NCBI GenBank assembly: GCA_963753435.1
Contig: CAVWCF010000001.1
Span: 1,504,001-1,568,000 of the forward strand
DNA from: an uncultured Actinomycetota bacterium
Lineage (GTDB): Bacteria > Actinomycetota > Actinomycetes > CAVWCF01
Reading direction: 5' to 3'
Length of the DNA stretch: 64,000 nucleotides
The notes below the pieces were generated by a model. The model was given only the letters and a program-made list of their open reading frames with translations, was not told the origin of the DNA and searched no databases. Of this stretch, positions 19,856-29,689 are shown piece by piece. A program made the translations under genes and the position numbers. Numbering within the stretch: position 1 is the stretch's first letter; every line of letters begins with the position of its first letter.

Positions 19856-20929
19856 GCACTGCACCCGAAGCCGACTCCGTCGGCACAACGACCGGCGCCT
19901 CCTACGCAGCGGCCGGTGTGGACATCGCCGCCGGCGAGCGGGCCGTGGAGTTGATGAAGAAGCACGTGGCGGCCACGGCGACGGCCTGAGGTGGTCGGTG
20001 GCATCGGCGGCTTCGCCGGTTTGTTCGACGCGTCCGCGTTGCGCGAATACCGCCAGCCATTGCTGGCCACGAGCACTGACGGCGTCGGCACCAAGGTGGC
20101 CATCGCGCAAGCCATGGGCGTGCACGACACGATCGGGATCGACCTGGTCGCGATGGTGCTGGACGACCTCGTGGTGTGTGGCGCGGAGCCACTGTTCATG
20201 ACCGACTACATCGCCTGCGGATCGGTGGTGCCGGAGCGCATCGCCGCCATCGTCTCCGGTATCGCCGACGGCTGTGCGCAGGCCGGGGCAGCGTTGATCG
20301 GTGGTGAGACCGCCGAACACCCGGGACTGCTCGGCCCGGAGGAGTACGACATCGCCGGCGCGGGGACCGGAGTCGTCGAGGCCGATCAGCTGCTTGGTTC
20401 GCACCGGGTACGCCCGGGCGATGTGGCCATCGCGATGGCGTCCAGCGGCCTGCATTCCAACGGCTACTCGCTGGTGCGGCATGTAGTCGCAAAGGCGGGC
20501 TGGGAGCTGGATCGGCACGTGCCGGAGTTCGGCCGCGAACTGGGGGCCGAGTTGCTCGAGCCGACTCGCATCTACGCCCGCGACTGTCTGACTTTGGCGC
20601 AGTCCGTGCCGGTGCACGCGTTCAGCCACATCACCGGCGGCGGGTTGGCCGACAACCTCGCCAGGGTGGTGCCACCAGGGGTTTCGGTGACGGTGGACCG
20701 GTCAACCTGGCAGCCGGACGCGGTCTTCCGGCTGGTGCAGGACCTCGGTGCGGTGGCGCAGCCGGACCTGGAGGCGACGCTGAACATGGGCGTGGGGATG
20801 GTTGCGTTGGTTCCAGCCGAATCGGCTGATGCGACTTTGCGGCACCTGAGCGGCCGCGGGGTGACCGCCTGGGTCTGCGGCGAGGCCGCCGAAGGCGATG
20901 GGGTTGCGCTGACCGGCGCCTACCAATAA
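19852..20929 (+). CDS. purM: AIR synthetase, apparent frameshift near 19980
   Basis: MSTAPE...SYAAAGVDIAAGERAV from ATG 19852 shifts into RPEVVGGIGGFAG, TDGVGTK, GGETAEHPG, GLHSNGYS. Confidence 0.95.
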
Positions 20930-20956
20930 CCCGCCGAACCTCTAGCCCGCAGTTGC

Positions 20957-21169
20957 TTAGTTGTCCTCGTCGGCGGCGTACTTGGAGTAGACGTCCTCGA
21001 AGTCGTCCTGCTCGTCGTCACCCTCATCGACTTCGGCTACCTCGTCGTCGATGGGCGCGGCGGCTCCCAGCTCGCTTCGCAGGGCGTCCAGATCCGTGGC
21101 CGGCCCAGCCTCGTACTTCAAGCGGCGGGCGACCTTCGTCTGCTTGGCCTTGGCGCGGCCACGACCCAT
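20957..21169 (-). CDS. DUF3073 protein (Rv0810c-like)
   Basis: MGRGRAKAKQTKVARRLKY plus acidic tail. Confidence 0.93.
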   Translation of the reverse strand: MGRGRAKAKQTKVARRLKYEAGPATDLDALRSELGAAAPIDDEVAEVDEGDDEQDDFEDVYSKYAADEDN

Positions 21170-21243
21170 CTCCAACCCCCTTGCACGGGTATAGACCCGA
21201 ACGACTCGTGCAGGCTCGGGCTGACCAATCAGCCTGCCGAAGT

Positions 21244-22335
21244 CTAACCAATGCCAGCGGCTGTCGGGTCTGCGGCGCGGTCCACACGCCGATATATGCC
21301 CAAGGCGAACGGTCCTTCGGTCATCCGCTGCCTGGCGAACTCCTCCGCGGCGGTCTCCGGCAGGACCCCGCGCTCGGCCGCCAGCGTGAGCACACGGGCG
21401 GTGGTCTGCCGGATGCCGGCGGCCCGCTTGCGGGCCCGTTCCATGTCGAAGCCGTGCAACTCATCGGCAACCTGGATGACCCCGCCGGAGTTCACCAGGA
21501 AGTCCGGCGCGTACAGGATCCCGCGCCCAGCCAGGCGTTCGGCCACCGCCGGTTCGGCCAGTTGGTTGTTCGCCCCGCCGCAGACCACCCCAGCCGTCAG
21601 TCGGTCAACCACGTCTGCGGTGAGCGCGCCGCCCATGGCGCAGGGGGAGAACACGTCCAGGTCCGCATCCGGCAGCCCTTCTGGGTCGGCCAGCACCTCG
21701 ACCTGAGGGTGATCGGCCGCCACGGCTTGGGCGGCCGCGGGATTCAGGTCGGTGAGCACAACGCTGGCCCCGTCGCCAGCCAGGTGTCCGGCCAGCCGGC
21801 GCCCCACCTTGCCGGCGCCGAGGATGCCGACGCGTCGGCCGGCGAGGCTGGGCCGTCCCCAAAGGTGCTCCGCACACGCCAGCATGGCCTGGAAGACACC
21901 AAACGCGGTCAGGATCCCGGAGTCGCCGGATCCGCCGCGGCCGGGGGAGCGACCGGTGACGAACGGCGTCTGCGTGGCCACCTCGTCCATGTCTTGCACG
22001 TAGGTCCCGACGTCGCACGCGGTCACGTAGCGGCCGCCGAGGGCGTCGACGAACTTGCCGTACGCGGCCAGCAACTGCGGTGTCTTGTCGGTGCTTGGGT
22101 CGGCGATGATCACGGCTTTGCCGCCGCCATGGTCCAGCCCGGCGAGGGCGTTCTTGTAGCTCATGGCCTCGGACAACCGCAGCACGTCGGCCAGGGCTGC
22201 ATCTTCATCCGGGTAGGGGTAGCAGCGAGTGCCGCCCAACGCCGGGCCGAGAGCCGTGGAGTGGATCGCGATGATGGCGCGCAGACCCGTCTGCCGGTCG
22301 TGGCAGTGGACGACCTGTTCGTGTGTCGCGGGCAC
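21244..22335 (-). CDS. vdh: Valine/leucine dehydrogenase (Glu/Leu/Phe/Val family)
   Basis: [36 protein letters not shown]; position beside purM and bldC. Confidence 0.9.
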   Translation of the reverse strand: MPATHEQVVHCHDRQTGLRAIIAIHSTALGPALGGTRCYPYPDEDAALADVLRLSEAMSYKNALAGLDHGGGKAVIIADPSTDKTPQLLAAYGKFVDALGGRYVTACDVGTYVQDMDEVATQTPFVTGRSPGRGGSGDSGILTAFGVFQAMLACAEHLWGRPSLAGRRVGILGAGKVGRRLAGHLAGDGASVVLTDLNPAAAQAVAADHPQVEVLADPEGLPDADLDVFSPCAMGGALTADVVDRLTAGVVCGGANNQLAEPAVAERLAGRGILYAPDFLVNSGGVIQVADELHGFDMERARKRAAGIRQTTARVLTLAAERGVLPETAAEEFARQRMTEGPFALGIYRRVDRAADPTAAGIG

Positions 22336-22496
22336 ACGGTCATCCTGGCAGTCCGGGGACGGCGCAGCCGTCGCACCCGCGAACCGGCCAATCGGGTGGC
22401 GCGGATCACCCCAATTCCGACAAGATGGGCAGGCGACGCTCGGGCGGTCCGCGGACCGCCCCGTGACTTACCCGATGGTGCTGGGAAGGCGAGACG

Positions 22497-22709
22497 ATGA
22501 CGAAGCGGCCGACGATCGACCCCGAGCCGTTGTTGACTCCGGCGGAGGTGGCTGCGCTGTTCCGCGTCGACCCCAAGACCGTCACCCGCTGGGCCAAGGC
22601 GGGCAAGCTCACCGCCATCCGCACGCTGGGCGGCCACCGCCGCTACCGGGAGTCTGAGGTGCGCGAACTGCTGGACGGCATCCCGCGCCAATCCGGTCCC
22701 CGGGACTGA
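22497..22709 (+). CDS. bldC: BldC MerR-like DNA-binding protein
   Basis: LLTPAEVAALFRVDPKTVTRWAKAGKLTAIRTLGGHRRYRESEV. Confidence 0.95.
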   Translation: MTKRPTIDPEPLLTPAEVAALFRVDPKTVTRWAKAGKLTAIRTLGGHRRYRESEVRELLDGIPRQSGPRD

Positions 22710-22743
22710 GCGCCCCTAACCGCGGGGCTGGTCGCCAGCCCGT

Positions 22744-23733
22744 CTAGTTGGGGCGGCAGGAGACCAGGATCTTGCCCGAACGCCCGCCGCGCGCAGCGTG
22801 CGCCACGGCCTCCTTGATCCTGGTCAGTGGGTAGATCTCCTCGACCCCAACGACGAGGGCACCGTCGGCGAGTCTTGATGCCAGCCGCCGATAGGTGGCG
22901 GCGATTTCCTGCGGCGGTGTCTGCGCGAACCAGCGTCGCAACCAGAAGCCGGTGACGGTCACGCCGCGGAAGATCAATTCGCGGCCGTCGATCACCGATG
23001 ACTCGCCACTCAGAATTCCGTAGTTCACAACGGTGCCGCCATCGGTCAGACAACGTGCCAGGCGCTGAGTGGCCGCGCCCCCGACTGCGTCGAGCGCCAG
23101 CGGCACGGTGCCCTCGCCGATCTCATCGCGCACGCGAGCCGCCAGATCCGGTCCATCGAGAACCACGACGTCGGCCCCTGCAGCGCGTAGCGGCTCGACG
23201 AGTTCCGGCCTGCGGACCACGTTGATGCTCCTCATGCCGATCTCGCGGGCGAGTTCGACGACCAGTCGCCCCACACCGGAGTTCGCGGCGTTCTGCACCA
23301 CCCAATGACCGGGCTCAGGAGCGACGTACTGGTGCAGCATCAAGTAGGCGGTGGGCGGATTGACCCGCAGCATGGCGAGCTGGCGAGGGTCGACCCCGGT
23401 GGGTAGCGCAAACAGGGAAGCGGCGTTGCAGACCACCCGTTCTCGCCACGCACCGGGCCCGGGCAGCAGCACCCGATCCCCGGGCTGCAGGTGCGTCACG
23501 CCAGGTCCGACCGTGGCTACCAGCCCGACACCTTCGGTGCCCACCAGCATCGGCAGCGCCGGCGGAGTCGCGCCGTAGTTGCCCGCCAGGTTCTCCAGGT
23601 CAGCCGGATTGATCGGGAAGAGTTCCGCCGTGATCAGCACCTCGCCGGCACCGGGCGGCCCCGGATCGGGCTGCTCGACGAGCTCGATCACGTCGTCGGC
23701 TCTACCGAACCTCGACACCTGAGCAACCAGCAC
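22744..23733 (-). CDS. MDR-family 2-enoyl thioester reductase-like oxidoreductase
   Basis: PINPAD, GTEGVG, VNPPTAYLML, QNAANSGVG. Confidence 0.88.
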   Translation of the reverse strand: MLVAQVSRFGRADDVIELVEQPDPGPPGAGEVLITAELFPINPADLENLAGNYGATPPALPMLVGTEGVGLVATVGPGVTHLQPGDRVLLPGPGAWRERVVCNAASLFALPTGVDPRQLAMLRVNPPTAYLMLHQYVAPEPGHWVVQNAANSGVGRLVVELAREIGMRSINVVRRPELVEPLRAAGADVVVLDGPDLAARVRDEIGEGTVPLALDAVGGAATQRLARCLTDGGTVVNYGILSGESSVIDGRELIFRGVTVTGFWLRRWFAQTPPQEIAATYRRLASRLADGALVVGVEEIYPLTRIKEAVAHAARGGRSGKILVSCRPN

Positions 23734-23767
23734 CGCTGCCTCCGCAAGACGTGCCGGGATCCAACTT

Positions 23768-23844
23768 TGGTGGGCAGGGGCGGGGTCGAACCGCCGACCT
23801 TCCGCTTTTCAGGCGGACGCTCGTACCAACTGAGCTACCTGCCC
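23768..23844 (-). tRNA. tRNA-Phe(GAA)
   Basis: GGGCAGGTAGCTCAGTTGGT...CTGAAAA...GGTTCGACCCC...CCA cloverleaf. Confidence 0.97.
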
Positions 23845-23866
23845 GCTGGCCACCTGGGTGGCCTAG

Positions 23867-23940
23867 CGACCCCGACGGGACTCGAACCCGCGACCTCCGC
23901 CGTGACAGGGCGGCGCGCTAACCAACTGCGCTACGGGGCC
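23867..23940 (-). tRNA. tRNA-Asp(GTC)
   Basis: GGCCCCGTAGCGCAGTTGG...CTGTCAC...GGTTCGAGTCCC; CCA not encoded. Confidence 0.97.
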
Positions 23941-24027
23941 AGGGTGGTGCTTTGTTCCTGATGGTGCTGTGTTGCGAATACTGCAGCGTTGCGGGCGTTG
24001 CCGACTTGCCGGTGGTGCGGTCTTGCG

Positions 24028-24100
24028 TGCCCCCAACGGGATTCGAACCCGTGCTACCGCCTTGAAAGGGCGGCGTCCTAGGCCGCTAGACGATGGGGGC
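24028..24100 (-). tRNA. tRNA-Glu(TTC)
   Basis: GCCCCCATCGTCTAGCGGCCTAGG...CTTTCAA...GGTTCGAATCCC. Confidence 0.97.
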
Positions 24101-24206
24101 GCGGATCCTGCCAGAAGCGAGCCCTGAGTGTACGGGACGGCCCGGTCAACCCCAAACGCCAGCCCAACCTCAGCGACCGACCCAACCCGAACGGCAGGAT
24201 GACCCC

Positions 24207-24554
24207 GTGCTCAACGTCGATTCCGCCCAGTTCGAGGATCTCGTCGCCGAGGCCCTTGATGGGGTGCCGGCGGATCTGGCCGGGGTGATGTCCAACGTGG
24301 TCGTGCTGGTCGCCGACCAGCATGCCGACGAGGCCGACCTGCTCGGCCTGTACGAAGGCGTCCCACTCACCGAGCGCGGCAGTTGGTACTCCGGCGTGCT
24401 GCCGGACACCATCACCATCTACCGGCTGCCGATCCTGAGCCGGTGCGCCACCGAAGCCGACGTCGTCAGCGAGGTGCGCATCACGGTGGTCCATGAGATC
24501 GCCCACCACTTCGGCATCGACGATGATCGGCTGCACGAACTCGGGTGGGGCTGA
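24207..24554 (+). CDS. Zincin-like metallopeptidase family protein
   Basis: LLGLYEGVPLTER, HEIAHHFGIDDDRLHELG (HExxH). Confidence 0.9.
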   Translation: MLNVDSAQFEDLVAEALDGVPADLAGVMSNVVVLVADQHADEADLLGLYEGVPLTERGSWYSGVLPDTITIYRLPILSRCATEADVVSEVRITVVHEIAHHFGIDDDRLHELGWG

Positions 24555-24591
24555 CCGCTAAGGGGTCACGGTCAGCCCCGGTGTCCCCCCG

Positions 24592-25791
24592 TCAGTTGTG
24601 CAGCGTCACCACCCTCCGGTCATCGCCCATGGGTGCGAACTCCAGGGCGGCGGGGTGCTCGACAAGCAGTACGTCCAGCACCGACCCGCGGATGCCGTCG
24701 GGGTCTTGACCCATGGCTAGGGCGAACGCGGGGTTGGCGTCCAGCACCTGGGTGGTGGAGTCCACGATGGCCAGCGGCAGCGGATCGGCCAGGAACGCGG
24801 CGTGGTAGTCATCCCCGCTAAGCAGGGCGACCTCCGGTGCACCGGCGGCAACCGCTTCACGCTCGCGGACTTCGGCCGGACGCAGTCGCCAGGCCAAACC
24901 GGCGCCGCCGAGCAGCAACAGCCCGGCCAGCAGGATCGCAAAGGGTGCCCCGGAGCCGTCGGTCACGTCGGTGATGAACCGCACGACCAGCGAAACCGTT
25001 GCGACCAGTCCAACTGCGACCAGCGGCCAGTCACGCAGCCGCACGTAGGCGGCGAAGCAGCCCACCGCCAGGATCGCCAGCAGCGCGTAGACCCACGTCG
25101 CGGCTTCCGCCCCGGCGCCGACCCCGTCCTCGGTGTAGGTGACCGCGCTGATCGCGGCGAAGTAGGCCACGGTCAAGCCGGCCCCCAGGCTGAGGGTCCG
25201 GTGCTTTAGCCAGCCAAGGGCGGCGAAACTGGCCCAAATAGCCGCCAGGGCGAACACCGCAACCGCTCCGTACGGTTCGGTGATCTCGACGTAGGCGCTG
25301 AGGGAGAGCAGCGATGCCAAGCCCGCACCGGGTACCGCCAGTTCGGCCAGTGACGTGGGTATCAGCAGCCAGCCGATGGTGGCGATGACGAGAGCGGTCA
25401 GCGCGGCGGGCAGTACGGCCCGACCGTCTGCCAGGGTGTCCGCGGCCCACACGCCGACGGACAGCGCAGCGGCCAGCGCACCGCCGGTGAGCAGGGTGCT
25501 GGCCAGGCGACGGCGGATCGCGTGCTCTGCTTCGCGCAGTGCCGAGACCTGGTCCCGCCAGTCAGTGGTCCAGAACCCGCCGACCGTGAGGCCAGCCACC
25601 AGCAGGACGACGGCGATGCCGGCCAGGATGCCCACTTGTGCGGTGAGCGTGAGGTCCGGCCAAGCCTGCGCCAGAACGAGGATGGCCGCGGCGATGACGA
25701 GGCCGGCTCCGGCGTAGGCGACAACTTCAGCCAATCGATTCCGAAGGCTCGAACCTGTGTGCGGGGGAGCCCGGTGTTGCAGCGTGCTCAT
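24592..25791 (-). CDS. Polytopic membrane protein (DUF2157-like) with short C-terminal PAS-like segment
   Basis: EVVAYAGAGLV then about 10 TM helices; tail FLADPLPLAIVDSTTQVLDANPAF; AAGGAGG RBS. Confidence 0.65.
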   Translation of the reverse strand: MSTLQHRAPPHTGSSLRNRLAEVVAYAGAGLVIAAAILVLAQAWPDLTLTAQVGILAGIAVVLLVAGLTVGGFWTTDWRDQVSALREAEHAIRRRLASTLLTGGALAAALSVGVWAADTLADGRAVLPAALTALVIATIGWLLIPTSLAELAVPGAGLASLLSLSAYVEITEPYGAVAVFALAAIWASFAALGWLKHRTLSLGAGLTVAYFAAISAVTYTEDGVGAGAEAATWVYALLAILAVGCFAAYVRLRDWPLVAVGLVATVSLVVRFITDVTDGSGAPFAILLAGLLLLGGAGLAWRLRPAEVREREAVAAGAPEVALLSGDDYHAAFLADPLPLAIVDSTTQVLDANPAFALAMGQDPDGIRGSVLDVLLVEHPAALEFAPMGDDRRVVTLHN

Positions 25792-25858
25792 GACGACCTC
25801 CTTGGGTCGACGACTCCACGATGCGCCCGCGCCGGGCAGGCGTTTAGGGCCGAACGTC

Positions 25859-27010
25859 CTAGCGCAGGACTGACTGGTAGACGGCCACAGTCTTTGCCGC
25901 TACGGCGTCCCAGCCGAACGCCTCAACGGCCCGAGCGCGCCCGGCGATTCCCATGGTTCGGGCCAGGTCGGCGTCGGTCAGCAGCGCGTTCAGCTCTTTG
26001 GCCAGATTCGCCTCGAACACCTCGGCATCAGGGTCGTATTCGACGAGGGTCCCGGTCACCGCATCGTCCACGACCTCGGGGATGCCGCCCACGGCGCTGG
26101 CGACGACCGGCGTGCCGCAGGCCATCGCTTCCAGGTTCACCAGGCCCATGGGCTCGTAGACGCTGGGGCAGGCGAACACGGTCGCGTGCGTCAACAGCTG
26201 CACCACGTCGCGTCTGGGCAGGGCGTCCGGCAGCCAGTGCACGTTGTCGCGACGGCGCTGCAGATCCCGGACCTCGGCCGTTACCTGCCTACCCAGTTCG
26301 GGGGTGTCGGGCGCGTTGGCCACGAGTACGACCTGGGCGTCGGCAGTCAGGTCCGCGGCTGCTCGAAGCAGGTGGCTCATGCCCTTCTGCGGGGTGATGC
26401 GCCCGACGAACAAGACGTAGGGCTGCGCCGGGTCGATGCCATGACGCACCAGCACGTCGGTGTTGGGATCCGGGGCGAAGGCGTCGGTGTCGATGCCGTT
26501 TCGCACCACGTGGACCTGGTTGGGGTCGAGGAACGGGTAGACCGCCAGCACGTCGTCGCGCATGCCGTCGCTGACGGCGATGACCGCTGCTGCCGACTCG
26601 TACGCAGTGCGCTCCGCCCACTGGGAGACGTCGTATCCGTTGCCCAGTTGCTGCCGTTTCCACGGTCGGCGCGGTTCCAAGGAGTGCGCGGTGAGCACGT
26701 GCGGGATGCCCTGCAGCAGGCCAGCCAAGTGACCGGCGTAGTTGGCGTACCAGGTGTGCGAGTGGACCACGTCGACCGCGCCAAGACTGGCCGCCATGTC
26801 GACGTCAACCCCAAGTGCCTGCACGGCGAAGTTGGCTCGCCGCAGCGACTCCGGTACCGCGTGCGCGACGGCATCAAGTCGAGGTGCCCCGAAACAATGC
26901 ACTTCGACGTCGACCAGTCCGAGTAGGTGGCGAACCAGATGCTCCGCGTGCACGCCGGCTCCGCCGTACACCTCCGGCGGGTACTCCCGGGTCAGCAGTC
27001 CGACGCGCAT
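25859..27010 (-). CDS. glgA: Glycogen synthase / maltose-1-phosphate synthase (GlgA/GlgM, GT4)
   Basis: [47 protein letters not shown]. Confidence 0.93.
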   Translation of the reverse strand: MRVGLLTREYPPEVYGGAGVHAEHLVRHLLGLVDVEVHCFGAPRLDAVAHAVPESLRRANFAVQALGVDVDMAASLGAVDVVHSHTWYANYAGHLAGLLQGIPHVLTAHSLEPRRPWKRQQLGNGYDVSQWAERTAYESAAAVIAVSDGMRDDVLAVYPFLDPNQVHVVRNGIDTDAFAPDPNTDVLVRHGIDPAQPYVLFVGRITPQKGMSHLLRAAADLTADAQVVLVANAPDTPELGRQVTAEVRDLQRRRDNVHWLPDALPRRDVVQLLTHATVFACPSVYEPMGLVNLEAMACGTPVVASAVGGIPEVVDDAVTGTLVEYDPDAEVFEANLAKELNALLTDADLARTMGIAGRARAVEAFGWDAVAAKTVAVYQSVLR

Positions 27011-27080
27011 CTGTTCACTGTAGGCAGTCGCCGGTCGCACCGTTGCGCGACGTCACAGGCAACGGCACCAACTCCGGGCG

Positions 27081-28115
27081 CTACTCGGTGAAGAAGGTGC
27101 CCGCGCCGTCCACGGCCACACCGACCCGGTCGCCGATGTGGACTGACGGAGCGCCCAGCACTCGCACGCACAGCATCGACCCGTCGGCCAGTTGTAGCGA
27201 GACGAGGGCGTCGTGACCGTGGTAGGTCGTGGCGGTGACGGTGGCGTCTGCCGCCCGCGCGGTGTCCGTACCGTTGCTGACCAGCCGGAACTGTTCGGGG
27301 CGCAGGACCACGACGCCGTCCCCGGAAGCGGTCGCGCGGACCGGGATCGATCCCAGGGTGCAAGTCACCTCACCCGAACTGGTCGATGTTGCCGGCAGCA
27401 CCACCGACTCGCCCACGAACCGGGCAACGCCGAGGTCGGCGGGGTTGTTGTAGATCTCGTCCGGGGTGCCGACTTGAACCAACCGGCCATCGCGGATGAC
27501 GGCCACGAGGTCGGCGATGCTCAGCGCCTCTTCCTGGTCGTGCGTGACGAGCACGCCGGTGGCGCCGTCGGCCCGAAGCGCGGTGCGGACGTCGTTGCGC
27601 ACGCTGCCACGCAGCGTGGTGTCCAGGGCGCTGAAGGGTTCGTCAAGCAGTACCAACGCCGGCCGTGGCGCCAGGGCCCGGGCGACGGCCACCCGCTGCT
27701 GCATGCCGCCGGACAGTTCATCCGGCCGCAAGCGCTCCGAACCCGGCAGCCCGACCAGGTCGAGCAGTTCAGCGACGCGGTCGCTGCGCCTTCCGGCGCG
27801 GTCCAGACCGAACGCCACGTTGCCGGCCACGTCCAGGTGTGGGAACAGCGCACCTTCTTGTGGGACCAGGCCGACGTGACGCTTCTCCGGCGGCACCCAG
27901 TTGCCGGCCCCGGCGACGATTCGGCCGCCCAACGCGATGGTTCCGGCCAACGGTGTGAGGAACCCGGCGATGGCGCGCAGTAGCGAGGTCTTGCCGCAGC
28001 CGCTGGGCCCGAGAACGGCAACCAGGGTGCCTTCGGGCACGGTGAGGTCCACGTCACGTAGTACCGGCGGGCCGCCGTAGCCGAGGCTCAGGCCCTCGAT
28101 GTGCAACTTGCTCAT
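27081..28115 (-). CDS. Fe3+ ABC transporter ATP-binding protein (FbpC-like)
   Basis: GPSGCGKT, LSGGMQQR, LLDEPF, TOBE-like tail; true start MSKLHI at 28115. Confidence 0.92.
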   Translation of the reverse strand: MSKLHIEGLSLGYGGPPVLRDVDLTVPEGTLVAVLGPSGCGKTSLLRAIAGFLTPLAGTIALGGRIVAGAGNWVPPEKRHVGLVPQEGALFPHLDVAGNVAFGLDRAGRRSDRVAELLDLVGLPGSERLRPDELSGGMQQRVAVARALAPRPALVLLDEPFSALDTTLRGSVRNDVRTALRADGATGVLVTHDQEEALSIADLVAVIRDGRLVQVGTPDEIYNNPADLGVARFVGESVVLPATSTSSGEVTCTLGSIPVRATASGDGVVVLRPEQFRLVSNGTDTARAADATVTATTYHGHDALVSLQLADGSMLCVRVLGAPSVHIGDRVGVAVDGAGTFFTE

Positions 28116-29689
28116 CCGCGCACCACCGCCGGGTCGGCGGCGTCGGGCGCCAGCGCCCGCGACAGCCACCACGCCGGCAACGCCGCCACGAGCACCAGGA
28201 CGAGCGCGAATGGCGCCACCTCGGAGTAGGCGGCGATCTCGGTTCGGGTCCACACCTCGGTGGCGAGGGTGTCCATGCCAGTGGGGCGCAGCATCAGCGT
28301 GGCCGGTAGCTCCTTCATCGCGGTGAGGAGCACCAGCGTGCCCCCGGCGGCCACCCCGGGCCAAGCCACGGGCAGCGTCACCGTGCGCCAGGTGGTGAAC
28401 GGTCCCCGGCCAAGGGACCGGCCGACCTGCTCCAGCACCGGCGGCACCGCCGCAACAGCGGACCGGACGGACCCGGCGGCGTTTGGCAGGAACAGGACCG
28501 CGTAGGCGAAACCGACCATGAACACGGTTTGGTAGAGACCGGGGGCCACGGCCAGGCCCACGAACACCAGGGCCAGGCCGACGACCACCCCGGGTAAGGC
28601 GTGCCCGATGTACGCGCCGGACTCGATCGCCTGCGCCCATCGGTCTCGGTAGCGAGCGGCCAGCACGCCCACTGGTACGGCCAGCACCAGCGCCATCACG
28701 GCGCCGATCGCGGAGACGCCGGCCGTGGCGAGGGTGGAAGCGAGGAGTTCGCCCGGCTCCAGGCCGGACAGTCCCCGCGTCGCGGTGAAACCGATCATGA
28801 CTCCGAAGGGGACCCCCAGCGCGAGCAAGCTGAGCCCGCCCAACCAAACCTGGGCCGGTACCTGCCACTGCTGCAGGGACACCACCTCGGGGGCGCGGTT
28901 CGCTCCGGAGCCGACCCGGTGTCGCCGGGCCCGGCCGCGCGCCCGCTGCTCGGCCAGCACCAGCACCAAGGCGAGTAGAACCAGGACGATGCTGAGGACC
29001 GCGGCCGCGGTGCGGTCGAACGATGCCCGGTAGGACGCGTAGATGACCCGGGTGAAGGCGTCGTAGCGCAGGGTCGAAACCGCGCCGAAGTCGCTGAGCA
29101 CGTACAGCGCCACCAGCAGCGAGCCGGCTGCGGCGGCCGGGGTCACCTGCGGCAGCGTCGCCCGCCGGAACGCCTCCCACCGGTTGCGGCCCAGGGATCG
29201 GGCGACCTCCTCGACCGCCGGGTCGGCGCTGCGCAGCGCAGCCGCGACCGGCAGCACCACGTATGGGGTGGAAACGACGGTCAGCACCAGGAAGGAGGCC
29301 CAGAAGCCACTGAAGCCGGGGAAGAGGGCCACCCATGCGTAGGCGGCTACGAACGACGGCACGGCCAGCGGCAGCGCGACCAGCACGGCCCAGACACGGC
29401 GTCCGCGCAGATTGGATCGGGTCACCAGCCAGGCGGTCGGCACCCCGATCACGACGCAGGCGGCCGCGACGGCCACCGCCAGGCCCATGCTGCGCACTGC
29501 GGTTTCCCAGGTGCGCGGGCGCGCCAGCACCTCCCAGACTGCGGCCCAGCCGGCGTCGACGGTTCGAACCGCCAGGTACAGCAACGGCAGCAGCGCGATT
29601 ACCGCTGCGAGCGCGGCAACCGCGTGCAACGGCGTGAGGCCGCGGCGCAGCGGCACCGCAGCCTCGGCGCGCGTCGCCGTGAGGCTCAC
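28112..29689 (-). CDS. Fe3+ ABC transporter permease (FbpB-like)
   Basis: Duplicated permease domains, EEVARSLG, MKELPATLMLRP. Confidence 0.92.
   Translation of the reverse strand: MSLTATRAEAAVPLRRGLTPLHAVAALAAVIALLPLLYLAVRTVDAGWAAVWEVLARPRTWETAVRSMGLAVAVAAACVVIGVPTAWLVTRSNLRGRRVWAVLVALPLAVPSFVAAYAWVALFPGFSGFWASFLVLTVVSTPYVVLPVAAALRSADPAVEEVARSLGRNRWEAFRRATLPQVTPAAAAGSLLVALYVLSDFGAVSTLRYDAFTRVIYASYRASFDRTAAAVLSIVLVLLALVLVLAEQRARGRARRHRVGSGANRAPEVVSLQQWQVPAQVWLGGLSLLALGVPFGVMIGFTATRGLSGLEPGELLASTLATAGVSAIGAVMALVLAVPVGVLAARYRDRWAQAIESGAYIGHALPGVVVGLALVFVGLAVAPGLYQTVFMVGFAYAVLFLPNAAGSVRSAVAAVPPVLEQVGRSLGRGPFTTWRTVTLPVAWPGVAAGGTLVLLTAMKELPATLMLRPTGMDTLATEVWTRTEIAAYSEVAPFALVLVLVAALPAWWLSRALAPDAADPAVVRG

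Noticed and set aside
19960-20000. Programmed frameshift in purM
   Set aside because: No slippery sequence or stimulatory structure is evident, and similar indels occur throughout the window.
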